A DNA stretch of 63,196 nucleotides, filler included, from Perkinsus chesapeaki ATCC PRA-425 (Eukaryota > Protista > Perkinsozoa): the NCBI GenBank assembly GCA_013115145.1. It is 6 parts of 6 records of this genome, joined end to end, with 100 filler letters (N's around TTAATTAATTAA, not from the genome) between each part and the next. Parts side by side here need not be neighbours in the genome. Positions count along the whole stretch, not along the records: positions 7,892 to 27,835 come from JAAPAO010000630.1; positions 27,936 to 43,190 come from JAAPAO010000730.1; 4 more parts are not named here. One strand, written 5' to 3'. Position numbers and translations under genes: made by a program. Numbering within the stretch: position 1 is the stretch's first letter; each line of letters begins with the position of its first letter. This document shows positions 21,350 through 33,543 of the stretch, in pieces. The notes beneath the pieces are model-generated. The model had not been told where the DNA came from and did no database searches. It saw nothing but the letters and a program-made list of their open reading frames with translations.

Positions 21350-24094
21350 TTAAACGGATGAGCAATAAGTGGATGGTGACGACGGAGTAGAAGGAGTAGG
21401 TGTAGGCGGGTTCAGGACGTTCTCTACTTGCTCTTTGTAGGCAGAGTATTCCTCCGGAGCCACAAACAAGCGGTAGTCTGAAAGAAAATGCCCTACCCGG
21501 GGATCGAACCAGGCTGCTTACGTATCATGTCGAGAAATGATGCCTCTAGCGAGTTGAGCTCCCTAGTGGACACACCACCGACCTCTGCGTATCTTTTATT
21601 TGCATAATAACAATCATCATAGTACTTAGCAGCCAGAGTCAACGCAGTTAAAAGCAACCTGACAAGAATTAAATGCTTCTGGTGATTAGACAACCTACAA
21701 AGACAATTAAACGAGATTAATGCCGTCAATATGGAGTCCTAATTACTATTGGATATTTATAAAACGAGGGAAATGGTGCTATCAGCAATTGATGTTGTTT
21801 TTAACGTCTTCAGAGTGCTTCACCAGAAATAATTAATTTCATAACCACTTTCTAGACGCGAGAATCCAATCGGCTCATTCGCTGTTGATCATCAATGCTA
21901 AGAAAACAATGCCAATGGCATCAGTGAACATCACGCCGCAAGGAATTCCGAAGCTTATCAACTTCGCTGATTTCTCGATCATTAAAAATAAGCTCACCTG
22001 TGTATATTCAAACGTGTGATGTTGAATGACTGGTTAGTGGGCTGCTGTTTTTGGGATTGTGCCGCAGCCGCCCCTGTTGTCTCCTCCCAGCATGAGCCAG
22101 CATTCGTTAAGTTATCATCGTAGTCATCGATAGTTGTTCTTGTTGACTCCTTCACTGCACGGTCCAAGTATATCAGGGCGATGACAAAACATTCGCCGGA
22201 ACAATTAAAAAATCTAGCTAGTCTCGAGAGGTAGTCGGAGACCGATATGTCTGAATATGACGACGATGACGGCACTTACCTATAGTTACTCATGCCACCA
22301 CCACCACCATCTTACTTGGCACTGTCACAGAGTGATATCGTGAACGGAGAGGCATACTGTTTGGTAGCATACTCCGCTCTTTCTCCTCCCCTATGTAAAT
22401 AAGATGGTCCAAGACTTTGGTTAGAGCTGGCAGCTGAGCAAGCCACACTATAAAAAACCAGACTGCGGTGCAGTAAGCTTACGAAGTAGGCGAGGTCTGT
22501 CCTGTCGAGGGTGTCCCCGGCTACCTCCTGGCGACTGGAACCATCGCTTGAAGAACGAGGATCGCTTCGCCTGTGATGTTTCAACGAGGAGGAGGCCGAA
22601 GACGAGGCTTCGACAACATCACTATCAGCATCAGTAGAGGGGCTTGGCCATGGCACGACGGTAGAGGCTTTAGTACTGGGACCACACCCACTACTTCCGT
22701 CTGTACCTAGACGAGTAATAAAGTAGTATAAGAAGCTAGATAAATGTGATGAGAAAGTGAAGGCATGAAAAGCATAGATAGATGTTATGAGGTAGAACAA
22801 AACTATTACGTTCGATGATCACCATCAATAGGACTTACTCTGACTAGGTGACGTAGTAACGCTTAGTACAGACTGAGTAACATATGCCTTCTTTCCGACG
22901 ATACCATCTTTCCTCATTAACCGATCATTCTGCGATGCGAATGATGACGAGGGGAAGCTAATACAGCAAGTCGACGGAGACGACATCGCTGCCGATCTTC
23001 GTTGTTCCAGCTGCCTCCTGGCTTGTCTCGGGTTTCTATGCCTCCGCATAGAGCTAGTAGCTCCACTCTCTCGTCCATTGCTCTCATCACGTGGGACGGC
23101 GGCGGCGGTGGTGTAAGACTCCATTCCTCCTCCTCTTCCTGCTGATGTGGCCGCGGCGCCGACGACGGCCCAAGAGGAACGAGAAGCACCTTCTGTTTTC
23201 GACGGTATACAAGACGTGGTTGCCATGCAGTCAAACCGACTTCAAAAAGCTAGGGAAAGGTTTGGTGGGAATCAGCCAGTTAGAACTACTTGCTCTATTT
23301 CGGATGCCTGACAGTTATTCTTGAAAGAATATGAGCGAATTAATAACACAACACGAATGGAGGACATCTGTGAGAAATACGGACTCTTGTTGTATTATCA
23401 CATACACTACGGTGATGCTGATACTAACGACGATTATAACAGTCTATTACCGTATAGACTACATCAACAACAACCACCGTTAGACTACGAGGCTCATCAT
23501 TTGCCCGCCGGAGTTTACAAGAGAGTTGCTTGAAGCTACCGCCAAGTCGGTAGCTATTATAGCGGCGGCAACTCCACGGTCTAACTATATTGGCAGGATT
23601 TCCTTGCACACCATTATAGTAATGATCACAGTAACCGCGGTGTAATGCTATTCTATCACCAATGAACTCACAACCCTCTCTATAGAATGAAAAGTCACCC
23701 AAAGTAGTCAATGCAAAACTACTGGTTTTGCAAGCTTGCTACAAGCATCATCAGTGCAGCCAACGCAAACGTTGGTGCTCGAGCGCCGCCACCCGTAAGT
23801 GGGGCTTGCAAGCGAGAGAAATTGATAATTCTGTTGCTGGTGTATAGCTCGTAATGCGGCCAGCGGCACTACTGCAGTACATAGTTATCATAAAGTCAGT
23901 ATAATATAAAATCGATAACTGTTCATCTACTGACAGAATGATAAACGACGATATTTGACAATACGTCATCAAACGGCTGTTGCTACTGCAGATTCCACAC
24001 CATCCCACAGGCAGTCGGTACATAACAGAAAAACTGGTTAGAAGAACGAGCCTTCTAGCCATTTATTAGCCAAGGCAATACCTTCTAACGACAT
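21350..24094 (-). CDS. PHO80/PCL/U-type (P-type) cyclin, copy 1, multi-exon
   Basis: DISVSDYLSRLARFFNCSGECFVIALIYLDR..ITRLNIHR|..RLLLTALTLAAKYYDDCYYANKRYAEVGGVSTRELNSLEASFLDMI|HYRLFVAPEEY. Long low-complexity N-terminus. Start (24094) and last exon are approximate. Confidence 0.88.
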
Positions 24095-25520
24095 CTTCTA
24101 TTGAGGAGGAGAGTCACAGTAATCCCGAGGCATTAATGTAAACATCATCATCATTATCAGCTACTACGCTTAATAACTACAATGACAATAACAACAATGA
24201 TAGATCGGTGATGACGATAAATAAAATGGTCTGCTAAACGCAGCCGGGTGGTGTTATACGAAGGCCACCATCGCCACCATCACCACCACGACGATGATGA
24301 TGAATGATATTAATAAGAATAATAATAATGACATAGACGACGACAACAACAACATCATTCAAAAGAATCATACAACAGTCAAGCCTTGCACAAAAGCGAT
24401 ACAAGCAATAACGGACAACTACCTCTTCAGAGGAGGTCCGTCATCATTTATACCGTGCGCTGAGTGATGATGAGTAGCAAAAATTGAGAACATCTATTAT
24501 GCTTTATACCCACTCACATGACGATAGAAGGAGAAGCTTATAACAACAACAAAGGGAAAATTAACGTGATGAGGCCCTCATCATGAGGGTCGCACTGATT
24601 ATTATGAGACAACAACTACTAATACAACAGATCAATGACCGCCGCCGTTAAGATGGATGCCATGCCAACCACATCAGCCATTCGGGTGGTATGGTGGAGG
24701 CAAGCACAACCACAGCAGCAACATCATCATCATATCTATCAAATGGTATACTAATGGAACTATGTAATCGTACTACTACTGACAAGTATTATTAGTTACA
24801 TGATAATAAAGAGTAAAAAGGAGGAGGATGATGACAGCTAACAACAAAGCAACGACAGTTAATGGTAACAGTAATAACACTTCATAGCATGACAATATAT
24901 TCAATTGCCATCGACTATTACAATACCAACTACTAGGTGCAAGTATAGATCAAGTATCTTTGCTGCTTGCACTTAGGCTATCTGACCAGGTGGTGGAGAG
25001 CTAATGGCTTCAGAGGTGGTATGGTGATGCTAGAAACCTCCATCGATGGAGGAGTTGGAGGAGTCCAACCAGCAAAACAGCAGCTTATAACTCAGCTTCA
25101 CCACAACGTCGACGATAATAACAGCGGATTCACCATCCCTTACTTCGTCGTGCAATCTTGCGATAGAAACACACAACTACAGGCTAACACCCCCAACAGC
25201 ATCAGCACAATCTGCTTAAAGGAAGACGACATGTGAAATATAAGGGGCAAAGTATGAGGAAGATTATGGCGGCTCGGAAACAGTAGACGGTGTTGTTACG
25301 AATCGTCGTGAATGTTACCAGATAATTCTAGCCACCATACTCATACTTGCAATGGCTATGCAGTAGCCGACACTGATTCACATTGTAATAAGTGGATAAA
25401 AAGGGCAGCATCCAAATAGCAGTAATCCAGTAATGGGCTAATGTTGACTGTGAATGTAGAGTACCTATACCCACACGTGTATAGGTGATATATAAAAGGT
25501 GATCATTATCATAACATTAA

Positions 25521-27709
25521 TCATTGCTCGCCACGGTGCAGCTTCAACTCATCATCAAACCTCACAGAAGAGGAAGAGGATGAGGAGAACCACGACGTCG
25601 TAGCGGTGGACTGGCTACTATGACTTCGACTCAAACGGATATCATCAAAGTCGTTCTTAGAAGGTGACAGACCAAAGCCTGCTGCTGACGACGACGAGGG
25701 AGAAGATGACAGCGGTAGTGCTGATGCAGCACCATCATCTACCCCATCGCCAGACATCGGCAGCCGAGGCTTCGTGGTTGACATCGGGCTCACACTGAAA
25801 ATGAGCTTCCAATAACAAACGTACTCATCTGGACCAACATAAAGGGAGAAATCTGGAAGAAGAATGGGCATTAATAAGCACGTTAACTCCTCCTACCAAT
25901 GAGCTTCAACATCGCAGCTTCCAGCCTGTTGAGCTCTACTGTAGACGTAAGACACCCGACTTCGGCATAACGTTTATTTGAATAGTAGAAATCATCGTTG
26001 AACTTTACAGCCAATACAAGGGAGGTTAGAATCAACCTAAAGATACGCATGTCGACAACAATCTTAGCCTTTATCGCTGATCTCCCTCCCATCATCACCT
26101 ATGGACGTTGTAACTGGTTACATAGAGAGGAGTCGACGTGGCTGCTGTGGCCTTGACAGCTCTGTCAAGATAGACCAATGCCAGGACAAAGCATTCAGAA
26201 GAACAATGGAAGTATTTGGAGAGTCTTTCAAGATAACTCCAAACAGATATGTCTGAAATAATAATAAGTGCATCAACAGCAGTAGCATCAGCCTTACAAG
26301 GTATATATGATCCAGTAAACTCCGGGTGATTCACTGGACTATTATTAATAATTCTTGAACTTTCCATAGCGTCACCAATCTCTATCATATTCAACAAAAT
26401 CGTCATCAAACCTCTAAGCTACACACAGACAACAACATAAATACAAAGCACCACAACCCTGCACAAGCTGCACTTACGAACGTCAGGCCCTCGTCAACGG
26501 TGACTGCTAATCCACTATAACCACCACGACCATCTACACCACCTAGATACGATATACACAAGCTTTCAGTGGAAGGCAGTACTAACCTGTGTCTGGAGTA
26601 TACGGGTAACCATATGAAGCTGCATCACCTTTTTCCGATTCATCATCAGTGACCAGAATTGGCGCAGCGCTCGAGTGCAAATGAGCATAATCCGGGAACA
26701 TCATCATCCTTGGGATGAAGTAAGCGCTATTGGCGGCACTTGAAGAGCCATAAACCGCCATTGCAGCAGTATGAGTATGCAGTGGTTGTTGCCAGGGTTG
26801 TGCTGTGGCCATATACGGCCAAGATACTGCTGTGGTATAATTGTTAGATAATGCTTGATACTGCCATAGATTATTGCCAGTATACATAGGCTGATTCTCG
26901 GAAGGGAGGAGCAGCCTGTACATACTTCGCTCGTCCTCTATGGGCATAACAACAGAACCATACGTCCTGTCATCAACAATTCCACCTGCGTTGTTATAGT
27001 CACCGGACACTCTTGGAAATCGATTTAAACAAGTAGGATGGCAACATTGCTTTACGTCGTCGTCGTCATCGTCTGTTGATAATGCTACACCGTTGTAAAG
27101 AGCGTGGCTCCTTTGCATCGTCATCCTTTTGCAAGCTCTATCGCCACAGCGAAGATTTTTTCTTCCGCGTCGTCGACATACAGCTGTTGGTCGTGGAAGT
27201 TCACTGTACTGAGTTGAGGCAGATGAAGACGCCGTGGCGGTCCTCTTCGATAGACTGCTGCCTCCCTCAGGCAAAACTCGGTTGAACGGCTTATGGTCAC
27301 CTTGTTGCCCTAAGCTCACCAACATTATTAAGACTAATACACCACTACAGAGAATACTATCATTGTCAACTTGAAACACCACTATATCCAACAGAACAAG
27401 GGAAACAAACAAGAACGAATTAGAACAACCCACGAAATGACATGCATAATAGGTTAACCAACAGTGGGGCGACCGTGTCAAGATGCATGTAGAGGTGGCG
27501 GGATATGGCTGAAGGTAGGAATTCTCCTTTAGGATGCTTATCAAGAAGCAATTGAACTGATAGCAAAGGATGCGCACTGAGCTAGCATTTTGCACAATAA
27601 TTGTCCCTTTGTCATTAAAACGGCTCACTGGCCGAGGCATGGGTGACCCAAGAGCCGCTAAAGTCGAATTGGATGTGCAAAAATGAGTCAACAGCAAACA
27701 AACAAACAT
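25521..27709 (-). CDS. PHO80/PCL/U-type (P-type) cyclin, copy 2, multi-exon
   Basis: DISVWSYLERLSKYFHCSSECFVLALVYLDR..VTSYNVHR|..RLILTSLVLAVKFNDDFYYSNKRYAEVGCLTSTVELNRLEAAMLKLI|DFSLYVGPDEY. Ends approximate. Confidence 0.88.
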
Positions 27710-27835
27710 CTAGTGTCTTCAACTTCGACAATAGAACAGACCTGCGGACAACAAGTATGGTCGGCATCGCCAGACGCTGTCACTAAAATTCCATGGAAAT
27801 GTCACTAAATGGAAGTAGGTAACCAGACCCTGTCA

Positions 27836-27935
27836 NNNNNNNNNNNNNNNNNNNNNNNNNNNNNNNNNNNNNNNNNNNNTTAATTAATTAANNNNNNNNN
27901 NNNNNNNNNNNNNNNNNNNNNNNNNNNNNNNNNNN
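27836..27935. other. Artificial scaffold linker
   Basis: 44N-TTAATTAATTAA-44N. Confidence 0.97.
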
Positions 27936-28476
27936 GACCCTTCCATGTCTACTGAGACTACCGGATTTAGGCTTAGAAGAGTGTAGCTCGACATCTCTAT
28001 TTGAGATTCAGTTTTGTAATCGTACTGACTAATCCTCTTTTGCATGTGACTGACCATTTTTGAACACTGATTGGTGAGCAACGAGCAACGGGCTCATTGT
28101 ATTGTCTCACTTTTTTTACATACTTGTTGTGCAAGAGTGTTTCAGTTCAAGTAGCGGAGGTATCACTTTACCGTTAAGCCTCCACTTTGAATAACAGCTG
28201 TTATGTACCGACGAACACAACAATGAGAATATACCGAATCAAAGATTGATATTCCTGCCGGAATGCCTGATAAGGGACTAACTTCTACTTGTGCCCGCCG
28301 AGCCTTCTTGGCTCGGGGCCCCCACGCATACCCGAGCATCCCTTGCAATGACAATACACTGATAATTTATCAGTGATAAAATTACGACGATTGGAAACAA
28401 TGAAAATCTGAGGCATCATTGTATGTTTCATACAATGAATATCTCGACAATGAACTATGCTGATGCAGCACTCGGC

Positions 28477-28752
28477 CTACATCTCAGGGCCACAACAAGT
28501 AGAACAGGAAGAGCCACCGCAATCTTCTCTTGCGGAATTGCACCGCTCGGGAAGGTGCTTGGGAATGGGAGGGAGCAGCTCGCAAGCCTTACATAGAAAG
28601 CAGAGCTTGTCAATATCGGGCACTTCGCTGCTATCGGATATTAAAAACTCCCCCACAGCGTCAACGATAGGATTCACGTCGATGAAGGCCACCAACTGGA
28701 AGTAAATGATAGCCGAACAGATGAGACGCATCATTGGTTTGTTAACTGACAA
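28477..28752 (-). CDS. Possible small secreted Cys-rich protein or exon
   Basis: Hydrophobic MMRLICSAIIYFQLVAF followed by CFLCKAC..RCNSAREDCGGSSCSTCC. No family recognised. Confidence 0.3.
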   Translation of the reverse strand: MSVNKPMMRLICSAIIYFQLVAFIDVNPIVDAVGEFLISDSSEVPDIDKLCFLCKACELLPPIPKHLPERCNSAREDCGGSSCSTCCGPEM

Positions 28753-30457
28753 GCAAATGACTCCACTCCTGACGGGCGAAATTCCGCGAGTTACCCATCA
28801 ATCTGTAACGAGCAAAAAATAATGATGAAACGTCGGTAATCGGACGAGGCAAGTCGAGCGCTAGACTCCACCCGAAAAACGCTCACAAGCTTCGTGGCAC
28901 TGAGGCAAGAAAAGAGACAGCTTCCTCCCTCCTTTCGCGCCAGGCACTCCCCCGGCATGGGACAACTATGCGGTTTGGCCTCTCCATGCATACATGAGCT
29001 GCTGGTCGGCATAAGGTACCTAGATTTCTCGGCGTGGCTTTGGAATCGCCTTTCGCCTGTTATTGTAACAGACTATCAGAACAAACTTGTCGGTCCTATC
29101 GGGACACTCGAGAAGAACAATCCTTCAGGAGCACTTAGGTCCAGCAAAGGTTTCCGAGGCGGCCCGGTTCTCCACGTATCTGAGCCTTCGTGCGTGGGCT
29201 ATTTTGGAGAGAACTGCTGCGCGTATTTTGCATCATGCAAGTCTTGAGTGCGCAAAGTGAGGTAAATCCAGATTCGGACAGCCGGGTTAAAGTGGACAAA
29301 CTTCACGAGCTCTGTCCACAGGCGTCACGTCAATGTGGTCGATTTGGTGTTTTTGTCTGGATGGAGTGATGCCTCATAATAAGGTTCTTCCATGTCTACT
29401 GAGTTTATCGGATTTAGGCTTTGAGGTGTATAGCTCGACATCCCTAGGTGACATCTAGTTTCGCAGCCATACCGACTAATCCTCTTTTGTATGTGTGACA
29501 CAACTTGCTTGTGTATGCGTACACTCAAAGGGGATTAGCCCGTGTACCTCTGAGCGGCCCGACGTAGGATGCGGCAATAAGTAAGCAGTGATTACCTCAA
29601 GTGTCATGATGACGCTCGAGAAAGGGCTCCAAAGAGTGTTTCCTTCAACCAGCCTTCCTCCCCTTCAGAATGGGAGGAGCACACACATGTGGGGTCGAGG
29701 CACGAATCGTGCCGCACGGTGCCATACTCCTCCCAACATATCTGGTGGCTTTCGTGACCAAGCGGCTTACCTTAAGCCTTAAGCTTACCTTGAGCGAGTT
29801 CCTTCAACCTAGTTATTATCACAAAATGAAAACGGCGGGACGATACCAAAGCATAGTCTACTGTATAGCGCAAACTGGAAGGCATCTCCGAGCTCGGTAT
29901 CAGGGGCCCTGATTCAGGGCCTGGGATACCGATGTAGAATAACCACTGGAGATACCCAGTGCCCACGAGTACGATAGACAAAGTGAACAACCCTAATCCT
30001 CTAGAGGGGAGTTCTCAGCCGATAGTTACTGTCTCCGAACCGAGAATGGTTGGAAGACTCTATTGAGTATCTCGCAAAGCAGTGAAAAGATGACATGGAT
30101 CTGCCCTGCCTAAGCTCAAAGTGTCTGAGTTTGTGGGGGGAGGTGAAACTCGACAGTTACACTCTACGGTATGAGCGCTGTCCCAGGAAGCACTTATGAA
30201 AACGTGCGGCATGCCTTTACCTAGTACCACGGTCTACCAGTGCCTTTACCACGGTGCTGTAGGAGTTGATGACTATCCGAACTGGCCAAAGTCTGTTTAT
30301 AAGACTTTTCAGGGGTAAGCCGAACTATAAGCGTAAGTGGGATGATGAGATCGTCCGCCAGCGAAATACGAAACGGTTGAAAACGGTGGAGTCTTGAATG
30401 GGCGATAATCTTGTCGTGCAGGCAGCCTCAAACATATCTGCTCATAGTTTATTCAGC

Positions 30458-31100
30458 ATGTCACGTCTTGGTCGTCTGATTACTGCCAGCTACATATTCG
30501 TCTGTTGGATGATCACATTAGCTGTCCACGGTTACCATGCAACAGCTAGTCTACATCATTCTAGAAATTCTGTGAGACGAGCTGCTATCGACACTCGCCA
30601 TTCTCATAAGGATGTTACAACTCCACCAGAGAGAGTCGCTGAAGTTATTCATATTAATGAAAGCGATTTCGAAGGAAAGATTCATCTCGGCCCTGTTGAC
30701 GGAGAGTCCATGGATGTGATGTTATTGTCTTTGCTATGTCGATTTCTTCGACGTTCAGGTATCGCACGGTAAAGGCTCTTCAGTCCGAGTTATTCCCATT
30801 ACGATATTCTGCATCGTCACACTCTCTATTGTTGGCATTATAACACGTCTGGTTATCGTCACTCGACGAATCAACTCGAAGTTGGCAAAAGCAAGTAAGA
30901 TCGAAGACTATGATGGAAACAGTATGATTGAAGCAAAGTCCGAGAATGCAGACGTAAGATGGTCGTTTTTTTAGTTGTCATAGTTTTACATGCAGGACTT
31001 CGTCGATGAACCTGATGCGAACTCGGAGTCGACAAGTGCAGCATCTGAGGGTACACCATCCCCTTTGCCTACCACACCTACTCATGTTAATGATGATTAA
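30458..31100 (+). CDS. Small single-pass (type I) membrane protein, 3 exons, unknown function
   Basis: Signal-like MSRLGRLITASYIFVCWMITLAVHG. Two phase-0 GT-AG introns give DGESMD|VSHGKG..IPITIFCIVTLSIVGIIT (TM)..ENAD|DFVDEPD..HVNDD*, with the stop at 31098-31100. Confidence 0.6.
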
Positions 31101-32175
31101 CTTTAAAGTTGTTTGATATTGCATGTTTTAAAACTGTCTTCTACTTTAGTAATTAGTGCTCTGCAAGAAGCACTTGCCAATATACTATTCCCAAGCCTCC
31201 TGATTGTAACACAGCTAATGCTTCTCGATCCGACTTTTTGCGTTACACTTGAAGTTGCGTTGAATTGTAAGTGGCATCGATCGATATGGTGCGACGAAAG
31301 TTTATACGAAGAGGTTTGCCCTGTGTAGGGATTCTTTAATGAGATACCTCGTTCCCTTTTAGCGTCATCGGTAGGAAAAGTACTCCTACGGGGCATAGCG
31401 TATGAAAAAGCACGAATTGTTGTGTAGTACAACTACGAAGGGCCGAAGGATTGTATCAGTCAGGGCGAGTGTCCCAGACACTAGGACAGGACAGGCGTCA
31501 AATTCACGTGTTGTATTCAGTTCATTAAGCTCGCGCACCCCACATGCCAATTCTATTCCCAGTCCACTGCCACCCGGAGGAGATCCCACCGAGCGCTGAT
31601 GGATTGTTCCAGGCTGGACAAGAGTCATTACTATCTCGAAAGATTACGCTCGGCAGGAACATGACCGGATTCATGATCGCTAAGGGAGTAACTCGACCCG
31701 CTGGAGCCAGATGATTACCCCATGCGAACGTGTAGCTGTTGCGTTGATTGAGGATAGGCTCGCGAAGGCAAGGATACTGTATAAGGAGGACAAGTGAGAG
31801 CGAACAACGTCAAAGACAGCCATGTAATGATCGTATTGCTATCCAGGAATGTCTATCATGTATTCCTGGCTAGTGCAAGTCTCGAAAACTGGCTGAAAAC
31901 AGAAAGCTGGCTGAGCGGTATCAGGTAGGCATAGTCTCTTGGGCTGCCACTCCTTCCAGCCCGACAGGATTGGACACGTAGGTCCGAGCATTCACTGGAG
32001 GTTCTATCTCCGAGCATGAGTTCGCCCACAAAATGAAGCAGTGACTTGAATGAGGGCCTTAAGAGAACTCCCATCGAAACGCAACAAACAAATTCAATGA
32101 TCATTATCGCACACTGTCGACTCGCCACATTTAGCAAAATGCGGTCGAGTTAAAAACTGCATTACTAAGACTGAA

Positions 32176-33543
32176 CTAACTGTTCGGGTTTACAGTAGTC
32201 GGAGAAGTAGTCTCCATGATAGCAGTAGTTTCTGAGGCTCCAGTTGCCATCACAGAGGTGTCATCAATTATGGTTGTGGTCGCATCAGCTGTAGTAGTCG
32301 GGACCTCCGTAGTAGACACCTCTAAAGTGCTGGCAAATGCTACAGTAGAAGTTTCAGTAGTCTTCTGGTCCTTCTCATCACGACCAGGTGTTTCATTCAC
32401 CGGAGTAGTGACGGAAGCCTCGCCGGTAACAACGGATGCAGTAGACTCGTCAGAGGGCGCTACGGTCGTGCCGATAGGAGTCGCCCCAATAGTAGTCTCG
32501 TCGGGAGCGGGAGTCGTTACAGTCATGGCCTGAGTAGTAGTAGTTGGCATTACGGTCTCGTTCTTGCCTCGGCCAGGAGATTCACCAGCTGCGGTAGTCA
32601 CTGGCATTACGTCAGTAACAGGAACCTTCGTAGTGGTGGCGGCAGAGGTAGTTGCTTGAGATGTCTCGGCCGTAGACGCGCTTGCTGTTGAAGTCGGGAC
32701 AGGGCCGGCATCAACAGTAGTCTCGACAGGAGCGGGAGTCGTTACAGTCATGGCCTGAGTTGTAGTAGTTGGCATCACGGTCTCGTTCTTGCCTCGGCCA
32801 GGAGATTCCCCAGCGGTGGTAGTTATTGGCATTACGTCAGTAACAGGAACCTCTGCAGTGGTAGGAGCAGGAGTGGTTTCTCCCATCGACTCGGTAGTGA
32901 ACTCATTGGTGTTGGATACAGCTTCCAGTGTTGTCGTGGCATATACAGTTGCCGTCACGGTGGAAGAAACAGTGCTAGATGTGGCATTACCATCCTTCTG
33001 ATCTCGGCCGGGAGTTTCAACATTAGGTATGGTAACTTCGACTACACCTGTCACAGTAACGGGACTCGTTGACACTTCGGTCTCAGTAGCTGTAGGTTCG
33101 ATTGTTGTGATGACAACCGATGTAGGGACTGAAGTATATCCAGTGGTCTCTCCAGAGGGAGTAGTAACAATGGCCGTCGGTGTGGGTGCGGAAGAAGTGG
33201 TGGCTTCAGCAGTTACCGTAGTTGTATCACTCTCACATGTGCAAGGAACATTTGAGATGTGGCAAACACTTGGAGTATCCCAATACTTACAGTAAGAGCC
33301 GGGAGTATCAGATGAGCAACCAACATCACAATCACGAGGGGCTTCAGTGTCTTCCATCGTGTCACAGGAGCACGGTACATCCGAACCAAAGCATGTACTT
33401 GGAGTGTTCCAGTATTTACAGTAAGATCCATCGTAAGTAGCGTTGCAATCAGCATCACAGGCAGTGGTGTTGACCATAACATAGGCATCTGCACCGGAAG
33501 CAGCCAAAATGGCGAGTCCGATTGGACGGGAGAGAAGAGACAT
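32176..33543 (-). CDS. Secreted mucin-like protein A with two N-terminal six-Cys SYCKYW modules
   Basis: Single 455-aa ORF: signal peptide, modules at about 33459-33364 and 33330-33235, then a Thr/Ser/Pro-rich stalk with an internal 137-bp duplication (32491-32627 and 32716-32852). No TM or GPI tail is visible. Confidence 0.9.
   Translation of the reverse strand: MSLLSRPIGLAILAASGADAYVMVNTTACDADCNATYDGSYCKYWNTPSTCFGSDVPCSCDTMEDTEAPRDCDVGCSSDTPGSYCKYWDTPSVCHISNVPCTCESDTTTVTAEATTSSAPTPTAIVTTPSGETTGYTSVPTSVVITTIEPTATETEVSTSPVTVTGVVEVTIPNVETPGRDQKDGNATSSTVSSTVTATVYATTTLEAVSNTNEFTTESMGETTPAPTTAEVPVTDVMPITTTAGESPGRGKNETVMPTTTTQAMTVTTPAPVETTVDAGPVPTSTASASTAETSQATTSAATTTKVPVTDVMPVTTAAGESPGRGKNETVMPTTTTQAMTVTTPAPDETTIGATPIGTTVAPSDESTASVVTGEASVTTPVNETPGRDEKDQKTTETSTVAFASTLEVSTTEVPTTTADATTTIIDDTSVMATGASETTAIMETTSPTTVNPNS

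Noticed and set aside
29560-30360. Decayed coding-like sequence
   Set aside because: Many stops in all frames and no recognisable motif to support a call.
31103-32137. ORFs downstream of mucin A as a spliced TM/GPI tail
   Set aside because: The candidate acceptor gives either an early stop or the wrong frame for the hydrophobic segment. No family was recognised.
32216-33494. Val-rich plus-strand ORFs opposite mucin A
   Set aside because: They are antisense shadows of Thr-rich ACN codons. The same holds for 35042-36058, 40223-40606 and 41052-41693.
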